Positions 29,001 through 41,025 of a stretch of DNA of 63,777 nucleotides are shown here, one piece after another. The stretch is from Lama glama. Taxonomy: Eukaryota. The DNA lies in contig CM052817.1 in assembly GCA_028534125.1 (NCBI GenBank), positions 58,344,224 to 58,408,000 of the forward strand, read 5' to 3'. A program made the position numbers and the translations under genes. Under the pieces are notes generated by a model. That model saw only the letters and a program-made list of their open reading frames with translations. It made no database searches and was not told the origin of the DNA. How positions within the stretch are numbered: the stretch's first letter is position 1; every line of letters begins with the position of its first letter.

Positions 29001-29953
29001 CTTACTTTAGCACTTTTTGTAAAATTTGTCTGCTTAATCTAACAAATGTGAAAAAAATATGTACAGTACTATTTCATAAAAATTGTATATTGTTTTCATC
29101 TTGAATCTCTAACATGTTTGAAAATGTACTTGTTGACTTATTAGTGAAGTGGTGAGGTAGAGACTTGTGTTGGCTAATTTTGATTTTCATTTTATTTATT
29201 TATTTCCATTGATCTTACAGTGTAATTTCCTTTCAGAGTCTAACAATGATTCAGTATTTATATCAGAAATATTTTAATGTCTCCTGTTTTAAATATAAAC
29301 TTATATGGTATTTTATCTGAGGTATTAAATATTATATGTATATATGTATATATATATATAGTGGTCACATGACTATCTACTAATCTATTGACCCTCAGAA
29401 ATCCTTTCTCTTCTCAGAGACATATGACTAAGGTTTCTTTTAGTTCTTTTTTTTTTTTTTTCTGTTTCAGAAAGGACAGCCTAGGCATATTCTTTGTTTT
29501 GAAAAATCTGTAGTACCCTTTTATTATCCCATTCACGTTGTGACTTCTCTATTTGCCTAACTTGCATTTATTACACAAATTCTTTTATCTTGTGATAAAT
29601 GAAATTTAAAAGTATTAAAACTTTAGTGTAATTTAATTTCAGGTAAATATAAAAACTCAGTCATTTAAATGAAACTCCCAACCATCCACCTTTAGATAGG
29701 TTTATTAATTTTTACTTTCATCATACAACAATTAATGGGACTTATTTTCTTATTGACTTAGTTATTCTTTTTTTTTAACTTCAGTGTCTTTGAGTTCAAT
29801 TTCAAGTGTTCCAACCTCTAGATCATAAAAATTAAATATTGATACTCATATTACCTTAAGCAAACAAATGCTCCCTAGTTTTGAAAAATATTCTTGTTTA
29901 CTTAGAGCATTTTCTTTACTCACTCTTTTCCATTTTAAAATAACTCAGCTCTG

Positions 29954-30134
29954 GGATTTCAAAATTGTAGAATAGATAAACAAGATTACACTGCATAGCA
30001 CAGGGAAATATACACAAAATGTTATGATAAATCACAGAGAAAAAAATGTGACAATGAGTGTGTATATGTCCATGAATTTGACACAACATTGTAAAATGAT
30101 TATAAATCAATAAAAAATGTTAAAAAAATAAAAT
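29954..30134 (+). mobile_element. Young camelid-type L1 3' end with 17-bp TSD at a canonical TTTT/AAAA endonuclease site
   Basis: TSD AAAATAACTCAGCTCTG at 29937-29953 and 30135-30151; A-rich tail. Confidence 0.93.
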
Positions 30135-30929
30135 AAAATAACTCAGCTCTGTTTCCCGCACAGAGATCCAGGTAACTTTTCATCTGATCTCAAATTTATT
30201 ACCCTATTACTTGAAAATATCTCTAGAAGAAATTAAAACTTCATTAAAATTGGGGAAAGGGAAGACTTTTCTGTCTTGCTCACAGTTGAATCCTACCCCT
30301 AAGTATATTTCTTGTAACATACCAATTAGTTCACTAAATATTTATTGAATAAGTGAATGTTATCCCAGAGGAATGAGTCAGTAACTGTACATCGATTTCA
30401 TCACTAGCATTGTTTAAGACAACAGTGGAAATTTAAAATATAATAGTTTTTTCTTCTCCCAGCTATAATTGAATTATTTGGTTTAGACTCAAAGCTCATG
30501 ACAAGGATAAGTAGACACAAACTTTTTAAAAAAGAGAAAGAAATAAAATCTGTTTGATGGCATTGAAAGAGATGATGAGGAAACTAGCGCTTCTCCTTGA
30601 CACATACTGGACAGTAATCTTTGCCTCTTGAGTGCCACAAGATTGATTTAAATTCAGCTCTGCTTTCAATGGTCATCTATTTTATTTGCAGACTCTAGTG
30701 CTGAACAGATTCATAACTCAGCAATATTTTTAGGGGAAAATTGAAGAACATTGGGATCATTTCTTACACCTCTTTCTGAGATGGTGGCTCCATACTTCTT
30801 CACTGACTTGCGTGCTCCTGTTGTATTTTTGTCCTCTCTTTCATTAATGTGTGCTGTCATCCTCAGTGTTTGACTGTTTCTACATTGTTGTCCCTGTCAT
30901 GGTTCTTGAAATGAGTACTTAGATCACTG

Positions 30930-31402
30930 ATTATTGGCCATTCATTTATAATCAACTCAAATATCACTTCCAGCACTATCAGTTTTTGTTTCTTTACTGC
31001 ACTTTCATTCATATTGGCAAATTCCTTCCTTATAGTATTCATTTTTGTAAAATTTCGCATGAGTTTATCATTGGGAGAGAAAGAAGCAATGCATCTATAT
31101 ACTTTGATGTCTGTCCTTAACCTGAATAACAGATGCATAGTGACCAATTGTCGACAGACTTTGAAAGAAGCAGTGTGTGTGTGTGACCTATCTCGATTTG
31201 CATCTCTTTATTTGTGTATTGACTTGTGGACTGAAGATACAGTGAAGAAGTACTTTTGTACTTTATATAATTTCTCACAGTTGATATGCCATGCTAACTT
31301 GCCAACTGAAATTTGAGCCATATTTTGGGGGGTATTGGTTGTTCTTTAACTAAACCTAACTAAAATTTGTGCATATCAGAACCATGTAGGAAGATTGAAT
31401 AT
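30930..31402 (-). mobile_element. TcMar-Tigger DNA transposon 5' fragment with decayed transposase start
   Basis: Minus ORF segment MNTIRKEFANMNESAVKKQKLIVLEVIF resembles a Tigger/pogo N-terminus (KKRKVITLEVKF-type). Terminal ttgtgcatatcagaaccatg is followed by TA. Confidence 0.65.
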
Positions 31403-31490
31403 ATATATACACACTCAGTTTTATTAATTATTAGGAAAATTTATTAATCAAAGCTACAACTTGACACTACTATACACTTATAGGGATAGC

Positions 31491-32131
31491 CGTGGTAGGC
31501 AGAATTCTAAGATGACACATGACCCTAGCCCTCATATGGAAGATGAGACAACATCACTACTGTAATTATGTTATCTTACATGGAAAAAGGGAATTTACAG
31601 ATGTAATTAAGGTTACTAACCTGTTGACTTTCAGTTAATCAAAAGGAGATACTCTGCATGGGCATAACCTAATCACATGAGCCCTTAAAAAGCACAGAAT
31701 TTTTTTCTCCACTGTTTGCAGAAGAAGAAATGAGAGATTTGAAGCATGAGAGGGCTATTTTCCCTGTGAGGGATATTTTCCATTACTGAAATGGAAAGGC
31801 CATTGGCCATTGACCCGTGATTTGCTTCTAGGACCTGAGAGTAGTCTCTGGCCAACAACATGCAAGGTAAAAGAGACCTGAGGCCTACTTACTGTAAGGA
31901 ATTACATTCTGCTAACAGCCTAAATGAGCTTGGACATTGCTTTCTCCCCCAGAGACTCTAGATGAGAGTACAGGCTCACTGTCAAACTGACATTGTTGTG
32001 AGACCCTAGTTAGAGAACCAGCTGAGCCAACATGAACCTCTAACCTGCAGAACTGTGAGATGATAAATGAGTGTTGTTTTAAGCTACTAGATTTATGCAA
32101 ATTTGTTACACAGCAATAGAAAATTAACAAA
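31491..32131 (+). mobile_element. MaLR solo LTR (MLT1E-like) inserted into an old L1
   Basis: gtggtaggcagaattctaagatg...cagatgtaattaaggttactaa...aatttgttacacagcaatagaaaattaa. Confidence 0.85.
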
Positions 32132-32790
32132 ATATTAAAATTTTAAAAAACTGACAAAAATCAAGTGTTAGTATAGATGTGGAACAACTGAAACTGGGGG
32201 AATGAAAATTAGAACAATCAGTTCAGAAGACTGTTTGGAAGTATCTCTAAAGCTGAACCTAAAGTGTAGAGCATACCCTATGAGCAATTACAGGCTCTAG
32301 ATACTTTTGCAGTATGAATCTATTTGTGCATACACACACAAAAAAAAATACAAGAAGGTTTATAGACATTTTGACATAGCTTCGGACCAGAAACAATACA
32401 AGTGTCCATCACCAATAAAATGTACAAATATATCATGCTGTATTTATTCAGTGGAGAGCTCCACAGGTATGAGAATGAACTACTGCTGCACATGAATGAG
32501 TTTTACAGATGTCTGTTGAATGAAGTCAGCCACACATGAAATAGTTCACACACAGAAGAGTATGAACTCATTTATATAAAGGTCAGAAATAGGTAAAACT
32601 AATCTATGGTTATATAAGTAATAATAATGGCTATGTTTGGAAGCTACAGTAGTGATAAGGAAGGGGTATTTCAGAGCATGTTAGGGTGTTGGTTTATTAA
32701 TCTTGATGCTAATTAAATAGGTTGTTTATGTTGCAAAGATTAGCAGTATATAATTTGTGCACTTCTTATTCTTCAGTGAAAAGCTTTTTT
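32132..32790 (+). mobile_element. Old L1 (L1ME-like) ORF2 end and 3' UTR; small upstream piece at about 31445-31490
   Basis: aaactgacaaaaatcaagtgttagtatagatgtggaacaactgaaac...aggtaaaactaatctatggt. Confidence 0.7.
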
Positions 32791-33044
32791 AAAATGAAGG
32801 ATTGTAAAATATTGGCAACACCTTTTCCACTCTGTGGCTTAAAAAAAAGAAAAAGTGCCTAAGGTCATACAACTACGGGTTGGAAAGACAGAGTAGAAAA
32901 TGATACTTAAAGATAATTTAATGATAATATTTCAGTTGAATTACCTCTTTCATTTTACTGAAAAATGAAAAAGAGAAAAAGAGAAAGTGAGAATAGTCGA
33001 GAAATAATTCTGACGTTTACAATTATTTCTTTCTAATAAAACAG

Positions 33045-33165
33045 TTTGCCGGGAGGATTCATACCACTCTGTGGTCTCGTGTGCTGCTGTGGTTCTCACT
33101 CCTATGGAACCAACAATAGAAATGAAGAAAAGAGAAGAACTAAAATTTCCTGAACCTTCCAAACA
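33045..33165 (+). CDS. CCSER1: Internal coding exon of CCSER1 (coiled-coil serine-rich protein 1 / FAM190A); probably exon 5 in human numbering
   Basis: Acceptor tttctttctaataaaacAG (AG 33043-33044), branch-like ctgAc at 33010-33014, donor CA|GTAAGT at 33166. 121 nt, phase 1 in and phase 2 out. Translates TT-TGC-CGG-GAG... as (V)CREDSYHSVVSCAAVVLTPMEPTIEMKKREELKFPEPSK(Q), matching the human CCSER1 segment I recall as VCREDSYHSVVSCAAVVLTPMEPMIEMKKREEPEFPEPSKQ. Confidence 0.95.
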
Positions 33166-34684
33166 GTAAGTTGTTCATTTGATTTTTCAGTTTTATAAAA
33201 CTAATTAGATAATTAGATAACTGATCAGAATGAAATCACTCAGAAATTGTTACATATAATCAATGTATTAATGCTAGTATACTGAGAGAACAGAAATAAA
33301 TTTTGTACATTTAAAAGAAGTGATTTATCCTTTAATGCCTCAGTGGGTGACTTCTGCCTTCTGACTTTGTGTGTTTGAACTATATGCCATTCAAGTTTCA
33401 TTTTGTTACCTGAGTAATGTAAGTAGACAGAAGGACTTTATTTCCTTAATACTGTGGTGATGGATGTGCTGTTCTCAGATTCCTTATCTTATAGTTGCGG
33501 GTTTTAATGGTCTAAAATATGATCAATTTTAAATATAAGTTTTTTAGCCTTAAGTTGGTTTGCACTTTTATAAGGAATGAAAGTTATTTTTAACTTTAAC
33601 TATTTAATGTTTTCGTATTTTTCCATTTAAACAGATCAAACTGCATTTAAATTTAAATTTGATCTTATGTGGAAAAAATAATAGATTTTTTTCTTATAGT
33701 AGCCAAAGAGAATTAAATTCATGATAACAAAAGTACGATCTATGGACTTGAAATATCAAATAAACTAGGATTATTTCTAGTTATGTGTTAAGTAAATGAA
33801 AAGGGAAAACCTACTGCTGATTTTCTAGTGAAAGCAGTGCCATGCCCGCTTGAAGGTCTCAGGTTGGAGACATGGTGATGTATGGTGTCTCCAAGGGTTG
33901 CTGGCAGGTGAGAGTTTCTTTGAAGCACCTACTATTTTTCCCCATTAGGTTAACTGTATCATACTTTGTTTCTTGATGTCTTTCTACTGCATTAGCTCTT
34001 GAAGACTGAGTTTCCTGGAACATGATAGTGTCTGATACACTCTGTGAAATCAATTAGAAAATCCCTTAATGTTGCATTCAATAATGTTGAATTCAAATGG
34101 AGCAATGTATATATTTGATTGCATGAAGATAGTCCGTGTTAATATTCTCATTACAGAGAAAAGAAATACTAACCAATTCAGAAAGTAATGATTGTAATTC
34201 AGTTTTAATACAATCTAAAAGTGAAAACAATTTAACTACTCTTAATATAGTCTTATTTTTTAAGTTCTGAAAGTCATTTTTTGTCTAATAGGAGGAAAAT
34301 TACATCTCATATATGCCAATTGAATTATATTAGAAAACTCAAATGCGTTTTTTGCAATGTATGTATGAGTTTATATATTTGTAAATTGGATCTTAAATTC
34401 TCTTAATTATCTTTCAGTGACTGCTTAAAAGTGGTGAATAGTATTATTTGCTTACATAAAATGTCTTTTTTCTTGTCTTAGCTACTTTATAAATATTCAT
34501 TCTTTTTATTTGGAGGTATATATTGAAGTAGACAGCATTTGTTAACTGGCTGCCCTTTTTCTTCCTGTTATCCTGCATTCACTCTGATACTCTCCTTTAT
34601 TCTCTGAATCTATTTTGTTATTTAAACTCTCCCTCAACAGAATCATTCATTCATTTGTGCAGGTTTTGTTATTGGTTTTGTTTT

Positions 34685-34880
34685 TCTAAGTCAGAGAGAC
34701 CTTGGTTAAAATCTTACCTCTGCTACGTATTAGATGGAAATTGGAGACATTTAATTTAAACTCTTTGTCTACATCTGTTAATTGGGGTGATATCACCATA
34801 TTTACAGGCTCGTTGTGAGTGTTATGTGAAGTAATATTGTTACAAGATCTGAAATCTCAAAATCCATAAAGGTGTTAGTT
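34685..34880 (+). mobile_element. MIR SINE
   Basis: aagtcagagagaccttggttaaaatcttacctctgctac...catctgttaattggggtgata...gttgtgagtgttatgtga. Confidence 0.65.
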
Positions 34881-35434
34881 ACGTTGCCCCTTCCATAGCT
34901 GCAGCTACCAACATTACTGGTGACTTACAGATACAAATTCTTCTTCTCAAGTTTCTTATTATGCAAGTTTAATATTTAAATTCTTTACCAGACTTACCTA
35001 ACTAGGTAACCTACCAGAATCTTATGCTAAATGTGTCTAAATCAAATTAATGACTCCTCTAGACCCCTCAAGTTTTTCATTCCTTCTGATTTCTGTATTT
35101 ATGTAGCGCTACCATTATTTTTCTTAAAATCACAGTATGTTTTCCCTCACATCTCACATTCAATTAGTTATTGATTACTTGATTAATAGCTCTATTATAT
35201 TTTTCTTACCATTTGAGCTGACCAGGAAGGCATAGACTTCTCATATTTTAAAACTTTTTCTAATATATGTATATATATTCAGTTGTGATCTTATTGAAGC
35301 CATTCAAATGATGGTCATATATCAAATGGAAATTACATATGCCCTCCATGTCTCATGCTACTGTTTTGATAATTATATGCTAAGTGTGACTATGTGGCAA
35401 GAACACAATATCAATTCAGATATAGTGATTAATT

Positions 35435-36013
35435 CAGAATTTTTGTTTGCCAATGAACACAGCCCAGATGCAAATTGGTTTCAGAAAAATCAAGGGTAGT
35501 GATTGTTATTGTATAACAATATGTAATTGAAAGTGTAGAGGTAAATATTTCCTCAAGTATGATTCAATCTAGTACTCTGACGGTGTCCTGGAGGGTCATT
35601 CTCTCCATCTGCATCTCTTTGTTCTGCTGTCTTGTCTGTAGGTTCCATTTTCAGAGAGGTTCCTCTAGTGGTGACATTACTGTCTTCAGCAGCTACTGGG
35701 ACAAATTTTTATCTTTTCAACAAATCCAGTGGAAATAAATGATTTCTCTTTCCCTTTAATCAAAACAACAAAGCCATATCTGAGTGTTATTGACTTTGAC
35801 CGGCTTAGCTTGTTTGACATGACTATGCTGAGGCATTCACTGTACCCAGGAATATTTGATGATGTGATTGGCTGGAATCATTTTACATGACAAACTCTGC
35901 AGCAGAGGGTGAAGATGAGGTGGAAAAAGTGATTCCACACTCAAAATAGGGGTGATGTTGGTGAAAGAAGGCAGATACAGATGCTAGGAAGTCAAAACAG
36001 TGGCTGCTCAATA
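35435..36013 (-). mobile_element. Old MaLR LTR (MLT1K-like)
   Basis: Degenerate match, e.g. ttccattttcagagagg, gtgattggc, gaaagaaggcagatacagatgctaggaagtcaaaacag. Confidence 0.55.
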
Positions 36014-38609
36014 TAGGCAGTGCCATCATTAGTTTTAAAAGTCAGAATTCTTTATTATAGATATTGAAATAAAGATGCTGAAATAAGTACATTAAAACTA
36101 TGGTTGTTGAAATACTACTTTAAAATACAATTATGTATATCTTCAGTTCTCATTTTAAATAATTTTTCACCTACTTAATTCTATTTGATATTATTTTATC
36201 CACCTGTGCTGTTGAGAGGCAGTATAACTTGATGGTTAGGAATTCCTGCCTTGGGCTGTTTTTTGATGCTTTCATAACCAAAGTTTGTTTATTTTTAATA
36301 TGGGAGTTACTTTATCTATCTTGGAGAGCCATACCTAAAACACAATATGAAGTCGAGAATATAATTAAAAAAAATTTTACAATAAATATATTAGGTAAAT
36401 AAACATATCACATTTTTATAAATGGAGTTACCAAAGCCCTGTGTAGTGTTACTCATTTTGTGTATTTTGGATTTCTTATGAAAAATAATAACCCACCAAT
36501 ATAATACTGAGTTATCAGAATGCAGTAAGTTGAGACATTGTCTTTGGATACCTAATATTCCCTTTAACTTCAGAATGGAATTATCTCTTTATGTAAATAT
36601 TTATTTCTAACTTTACATGTTTTACATGATGAATTCATAAACCACTGAGTCGTTAAAGCTTGGAAACCATAATTTAGAACTCCGTAGGTATCTTGCTGGG
36701 AAGAACTGCAATCATCTTCTCTGTACATGGGCTTCAGAATACATAAGACTTTTCAGACAGAAGAATTTGTAAGATAATGTATTTTTGAGGCTGTTGTAAT
36801 CTAAGTGAAAAGGTAAAAAATACACATAAAAAGGTAAATCACAGTATAAAGACAACAGATGCTATTTCTCCAATGTAAGGTATAGATTTTGGTCAAGCAT
36901 ATGATTGTTGGAAGCTAAGTCAGGTTTGTTGATATAGCAGTATAAATTTATTTATGCAGATAAATCCAGAATATTGGTCTTAATTATACCATTGTATTGA
37001 TATGTCATTTCAGAATGTAAGAATTTTATGACTGACATATTTCTATTATCTTACCAACTTTCAGTCATATTCTGGTGATTAATAAATAGTCTCTGTTTGA
37101 CAATTTAAAAAAATATTCTCATGTATGTATCAGTTTTAAGTACATTCAATAAGAAAAAAATAGGAATTATGAATTCCTTTTGGGAGTGAAGTATAAATTT
37201 TTCAGCATGGCAAGTGATAGGGAGGAAGTACCTGAATCTTCTAGGAAGGAAACCTACATTCTGAGCACTATAGTGGGACTACGTCAGAGCTTGTCTCTTA
37301 TTTATGTATCTAAAGTTTATCTTAATTCAGAAAACAAATATGTAGATTTTACTTTACTTTTCAGTCTAGGTAGCTCGGAATGCCATGAAAAGGATAAGTT
37401 TTATGAAAAAATAGAAAAGTCTCTTTGATGCAAAAAGAGTATACAATTTTCAAATATTTGACCATAAGTGTAGAATGTTGGAATCAAAGCATTAAGCGTG
37501 AATCTTTATACATTTATTAAAATCCTCATATTAAAAATATGTCCTCATACTAAAAAAAACTGGGGGGAGATGCACAGTTAATTTGGGAGGTGGTAATGGA
37601 AGAACCAGTTGGGGAGACAGCCTGGGGGACGGCAGGTGCTGGGAGCCTCGTCCAGCGGTTGGACAGTAGTGGGCAGGTCTAGGGGTCCCTGGAGGCAGAA
37701 TCTGGGGTATCACCCACGACTCCACATGAGAGTACCTCCTGCAGCCCAGGAAAGCCCGGCTGGGTCCCAGGCAATCAGAGGGAGATGCTGGCTGCAGGCG
37801 GGGCTCCAGTGGCCCCAGCATGTTACTCAGAAGTGGACATTTCTCAAAATACAGCTGTGTGCAAATGAGCACCTCATGAACGGTAAATAAAATTCAAAAT
37901 CTGAAGAGAATGAAAGAATACTACTTCCATGATTGATTATGGATTTTATTTTGTGTTTTTATTAGAAATATGTTGTTGACATGCAGACACCCTGTTTCTA
38001 TGTATCATAACTCAATAAAAAGAAGGGGTTTTATGGCCATTGTAAATTTAGAAATGTAGACGTGAAAGGGAGAGTAAGAAATTATTCTATTACTTCTTTG
38101 TCCATTTCCATATTTTGTTTTTATTTTATATACAGAGATCTAAGCTTCTTAAGAGATTTGATCTATTGTTTCCTTTTATGGAAACAAAGCATTACCTATC
38201 CCTTCTGTCAGTCAATCCATGTTTCAAGGCTTCCTTGGAGTGTTTCACCTTGTTGACCTGAGGAAGGTTCACCAAGCTGCTTCTGAAAGGGCACAATGCT
38301 ATCATTTAGTACAGAATGACTTGTTTTTAAAGAATGGCTAAACTTAACCTATTTCATTCTTAGAGGATACTTAAGAACACAAGTTGAAAGTTCCATCAGC
38401 TCTTTTTAGTTGGTTTTACAATGAATGAATACTGTCATATGTTAAATTTGGAAAAGTTTAAGGCCTCTCTAATGTCATCCATAAAGTTGTTACATAAACT
38501 CTAGTTGTGCTGGAGACACATCAAATAATTCTATTATTAGCTAATTTCCAATATTTCTTTACAAATTTCAGGGGAAATTATTCATTTATCCTTTCAGGTA
38601 GATATTTAT

Positions 38610-39120
38610 TCATTAATTTAATCCGTTAAAAAATAGGTTGTTTTTGAGTATTTGCTTTGTTTTTAGCACTGTGCTCAGGGCTTGGGATTTTGAGTTGAAA
38701 AGCAGGTCTCTCATGAAGCTTAGGGTATAGATGGGGAGACACACATTTTAATTGATATATTGCAACAAGAAGTGCAAAACAGTGAATGTGACAATGGCTA
38801 TAATGTAGAGATATATCATGTTATAAGGGCTGATGGTAAGGGGCTTTAACATAGCCAAGAAAGTCAGGGAAAACTTCCCCGAGGAAGTGACGCTTGAGCT
38901 AAGATATGGAGGATATTAGTTAACTAAGTGAGAAAGCAAAGGAAGAAAGCAGCAGAGAGAACAGCTTGCTCAAATATTCTGGATGGCTGGGAGAAAGTAA
39001 AGGGGCTGGTGAAAGTAAAAGGGAGACAAAAAGGTGTTTTTAAGTAGGGCCCACGTGATACAATCAGTTTTCTCTTTTGGAAACTTCATCCTGGTTTCTT
39101 ATGAAAAGCAAATTGGGTGT
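38610..39120 (-). mobile_element. L2 3' end
   Basis: tttgagtatttgctttgtttttagcactgtgctcaggg...gtcagggaaaacttccccgaggaagtgacgcttgagctaagatatggaggat. Confidence 0.75.
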
Positions 39121-39128
39121 GATGGGGG

Positions 39129-39329
39129 CAGTTGTGTTATGCAGCTGGCTTGGGCAAACCAAATTGCTACCATTTCTTCCCAACTCTAGGTGCAGTAATC
39201 TTAGATTGGAAGCTTTAAGTCAGCCATAGTGGGTGTATTTAATATAGTAATTGGCAAATTCTATAAATCAGAGCTTTTCCCTCTCCTGGAGAACTGGTTG
39301 TTAACTATTTCCCAGCATACCTCTTACTG
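39129..39329 (+). mobile_element. MER63A-like hAT-Blackjack MITE
   Basis: tcttcccaactctaggtgcagt...cagccatagtgggtgtattta...ggagaactggttgttaactatttcccagcatac. Confidence 0.7.
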
Positions 39330-40069
39330 GAGGACAGGTTGAGTGTCTGCAGGGACACTGTTTTAGAGATTGCTGACAATAGCGTGGACTAGGGTGCTGG
39401 CATTGAAATGGTGAAATGTGAAAAGTCAACTTGGTCAATATATTTTTCAGAACCAAGGGAAATGAAATATAGTTATTAAAATAAAACTTATAATACCAAG
39501 CACTTATCATAAAGAAGAAATCACTCATTGCAGTTATGATAAGATAATGTATTATTGTGATAACCCTAACATGTTACTTTGAATTAGTGATAATTTAGTC
39601 AAGGGAAAGTTTTGATAGTCTTTTAGTTTATGTATCAGTGGAACTACATAATACATGCGCTTTGCACAAAGTTCCTTCCTGAATCAGGGCCACTGATTCT
39701 CACTGATAATGCTCATAAATGTAAGTAAATTCCACTTAGTTCCTTATGTAAATTCTTAGGATTCTTTACCAATAATTTTCCTTCTATATTTTATTCTCAT
39801 CCTTTATTTACTGTCTACCACTTGGTGCTTTAAAACTCTCCCATTAAAAAAATCAGAATCTGAAGCATGACTTAGATGAAATCACATAGTTTTGTGTGCC
39901 ATTTTACAGACTTCTTTCACTCAGTGTGTTTTTGAGATCCATTCATGCCACTGCATGTGCCATGGTCCATGCCCTTTGATTAGTGAGCAGCATTTCATTA
40001 CGTGGTGTGTCAGAGTTTGGTTACTCTTTCAGTCCTGTCCTGTTTGATCACACCTTGAAAACTGACTGA

Positions 40070-40395
40070 ATCAGAGAACCACAGAACTTCTTGGTATGGA
40101 AAAGTCATCATAAAAACCATCTTTATCCAAACCTATCCTTACACTACTGATATACTTGCATGAAGAAGTTGCCCAATCCCTGTTCACATACTTCCAATGA
40201 CAGGCAGCTCAATCCTTAGAGGGCAGTTTCTTCTGTCCTTGGCCAGCCTTGCCTGTTAGAAAACTCTTCTTTATTTTCAGCCCAAATCTACCTCCCTAGA
40301 TCATCCCCACCAAGATCCTATTTCTCATCCTGGAGCCAGTCAGGGACAGTCAGCTCCCTCTTCCCCAACACAAGCCTTGGGGATCCAGAAGGCAC
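40070..40395 (-). mobile_element. L3/CR1 LINE 3' fragment
   Basis: tacttccaatgacaggcagctca...tgttagaaaactcttctttattttcagcccaaatctacctccct...ctccctcttcc. Confidence 0.7.
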
Positions 40396-40444
40396 AACTA
40401 CTACCCAGTAGTGTGCTGGTAAATGTTTAACTTATAACTCTACT

Positions 40445-41025
40445 TCAGTTATTTTTGTTGGTGTGTAATAATATTGCATTATATAAATGTATCAAAATGA
40501 ATGTATACAATTTCCTGTGAATGGAAATGTGCATGGCTTGCAATGTTTGCTTTACAAACAGTTCTACTATGAACATTCGTGGGCTTCTGGAGCTGGTGTG
40601 AGGTTTCTCTGGAAATGGATGGCAGAGTCGTAAGATACATACATTTTTTTCACTGCAACAGACAGTACTAAACCATTCTCTGGAGGGGGTTCCCCATTGC
40701 CCACACCCTTGCCCACACTTAGCCCTGTCAGGTTTTATACTTGTGCCGATCTTACATGTATGGCCTGGCATCTCATCGGGTTTTGATTTTCATTGACTTA
40801 TTTCTAGTGATGTTGCACATCTTTGTGTTTATTGGACATTTGTGTTTCCTGTCCCATAAATTGCCTATCCATATTTTTTGTCCATTTCTTTGCTGGGGGA
40901 ATCTGTCTTTCTTTTTTATTTACTTGGAGAAGTTCTTTTAATATTTTGATTTCCAAACTTGAGTTGCTATGTGCATTGCAAATCTTTCTTTCAGTTGATA
41001 GGATGTCTTTTAATCAGTTGTGACT
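40445..41025 (-). mobile_element. Old L1 (L1M/ME) ORF2 3' fragment; a second fragment lies at about 39880-40030
   Basis: ctactatgaacatt...gtgatgttgcacatctttgtgtttattggacatttgtgtttcc...attgcaaatctttct. Confidence 0.7.

Larger units (their letters stand above)
1..33044 (+). other. CCSER1: 3' part of the CCSER1 intron upstream of the exon (at least 33 kb)
   Basis: No other CCSER1-like coding segment seen upstream in the window; ends at the canonical acceptor at 33044. Confidence 0.8.

Noticed and set aside
29625..29650. Other AG|GT juxtapositions (here, and near 12263, 38597, 61160) as recursive splice sites
   Set aside because: Donor halves (GTAAAT, GTATTC, GTAGAT) are weak and such motifs are frequent by chance.
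18189..30110. Two ORFs sharing HGHIHTHCHIFFSVIYHNILCIFPCA as a duplicated gene
   Set aside because: Both are antisense translations of the same L1 3' UTR in two separate insertions.
30863..31147. Domesticated Tigger transposase
   Set aside because: Only a short decayed N-terminal stretch; no catalytic DDE/D domain follows.
32950..33162. 70-aa minus-strand ORF
   Set aside because: Antisense shadow of the real + strand CCSER1 exon.
37531..37890. 113-aa and 93-aa overlapping ORFs
   Set aside because: Expected from local high GC (few stop codons); no recognisable protein similarity or exon structure.
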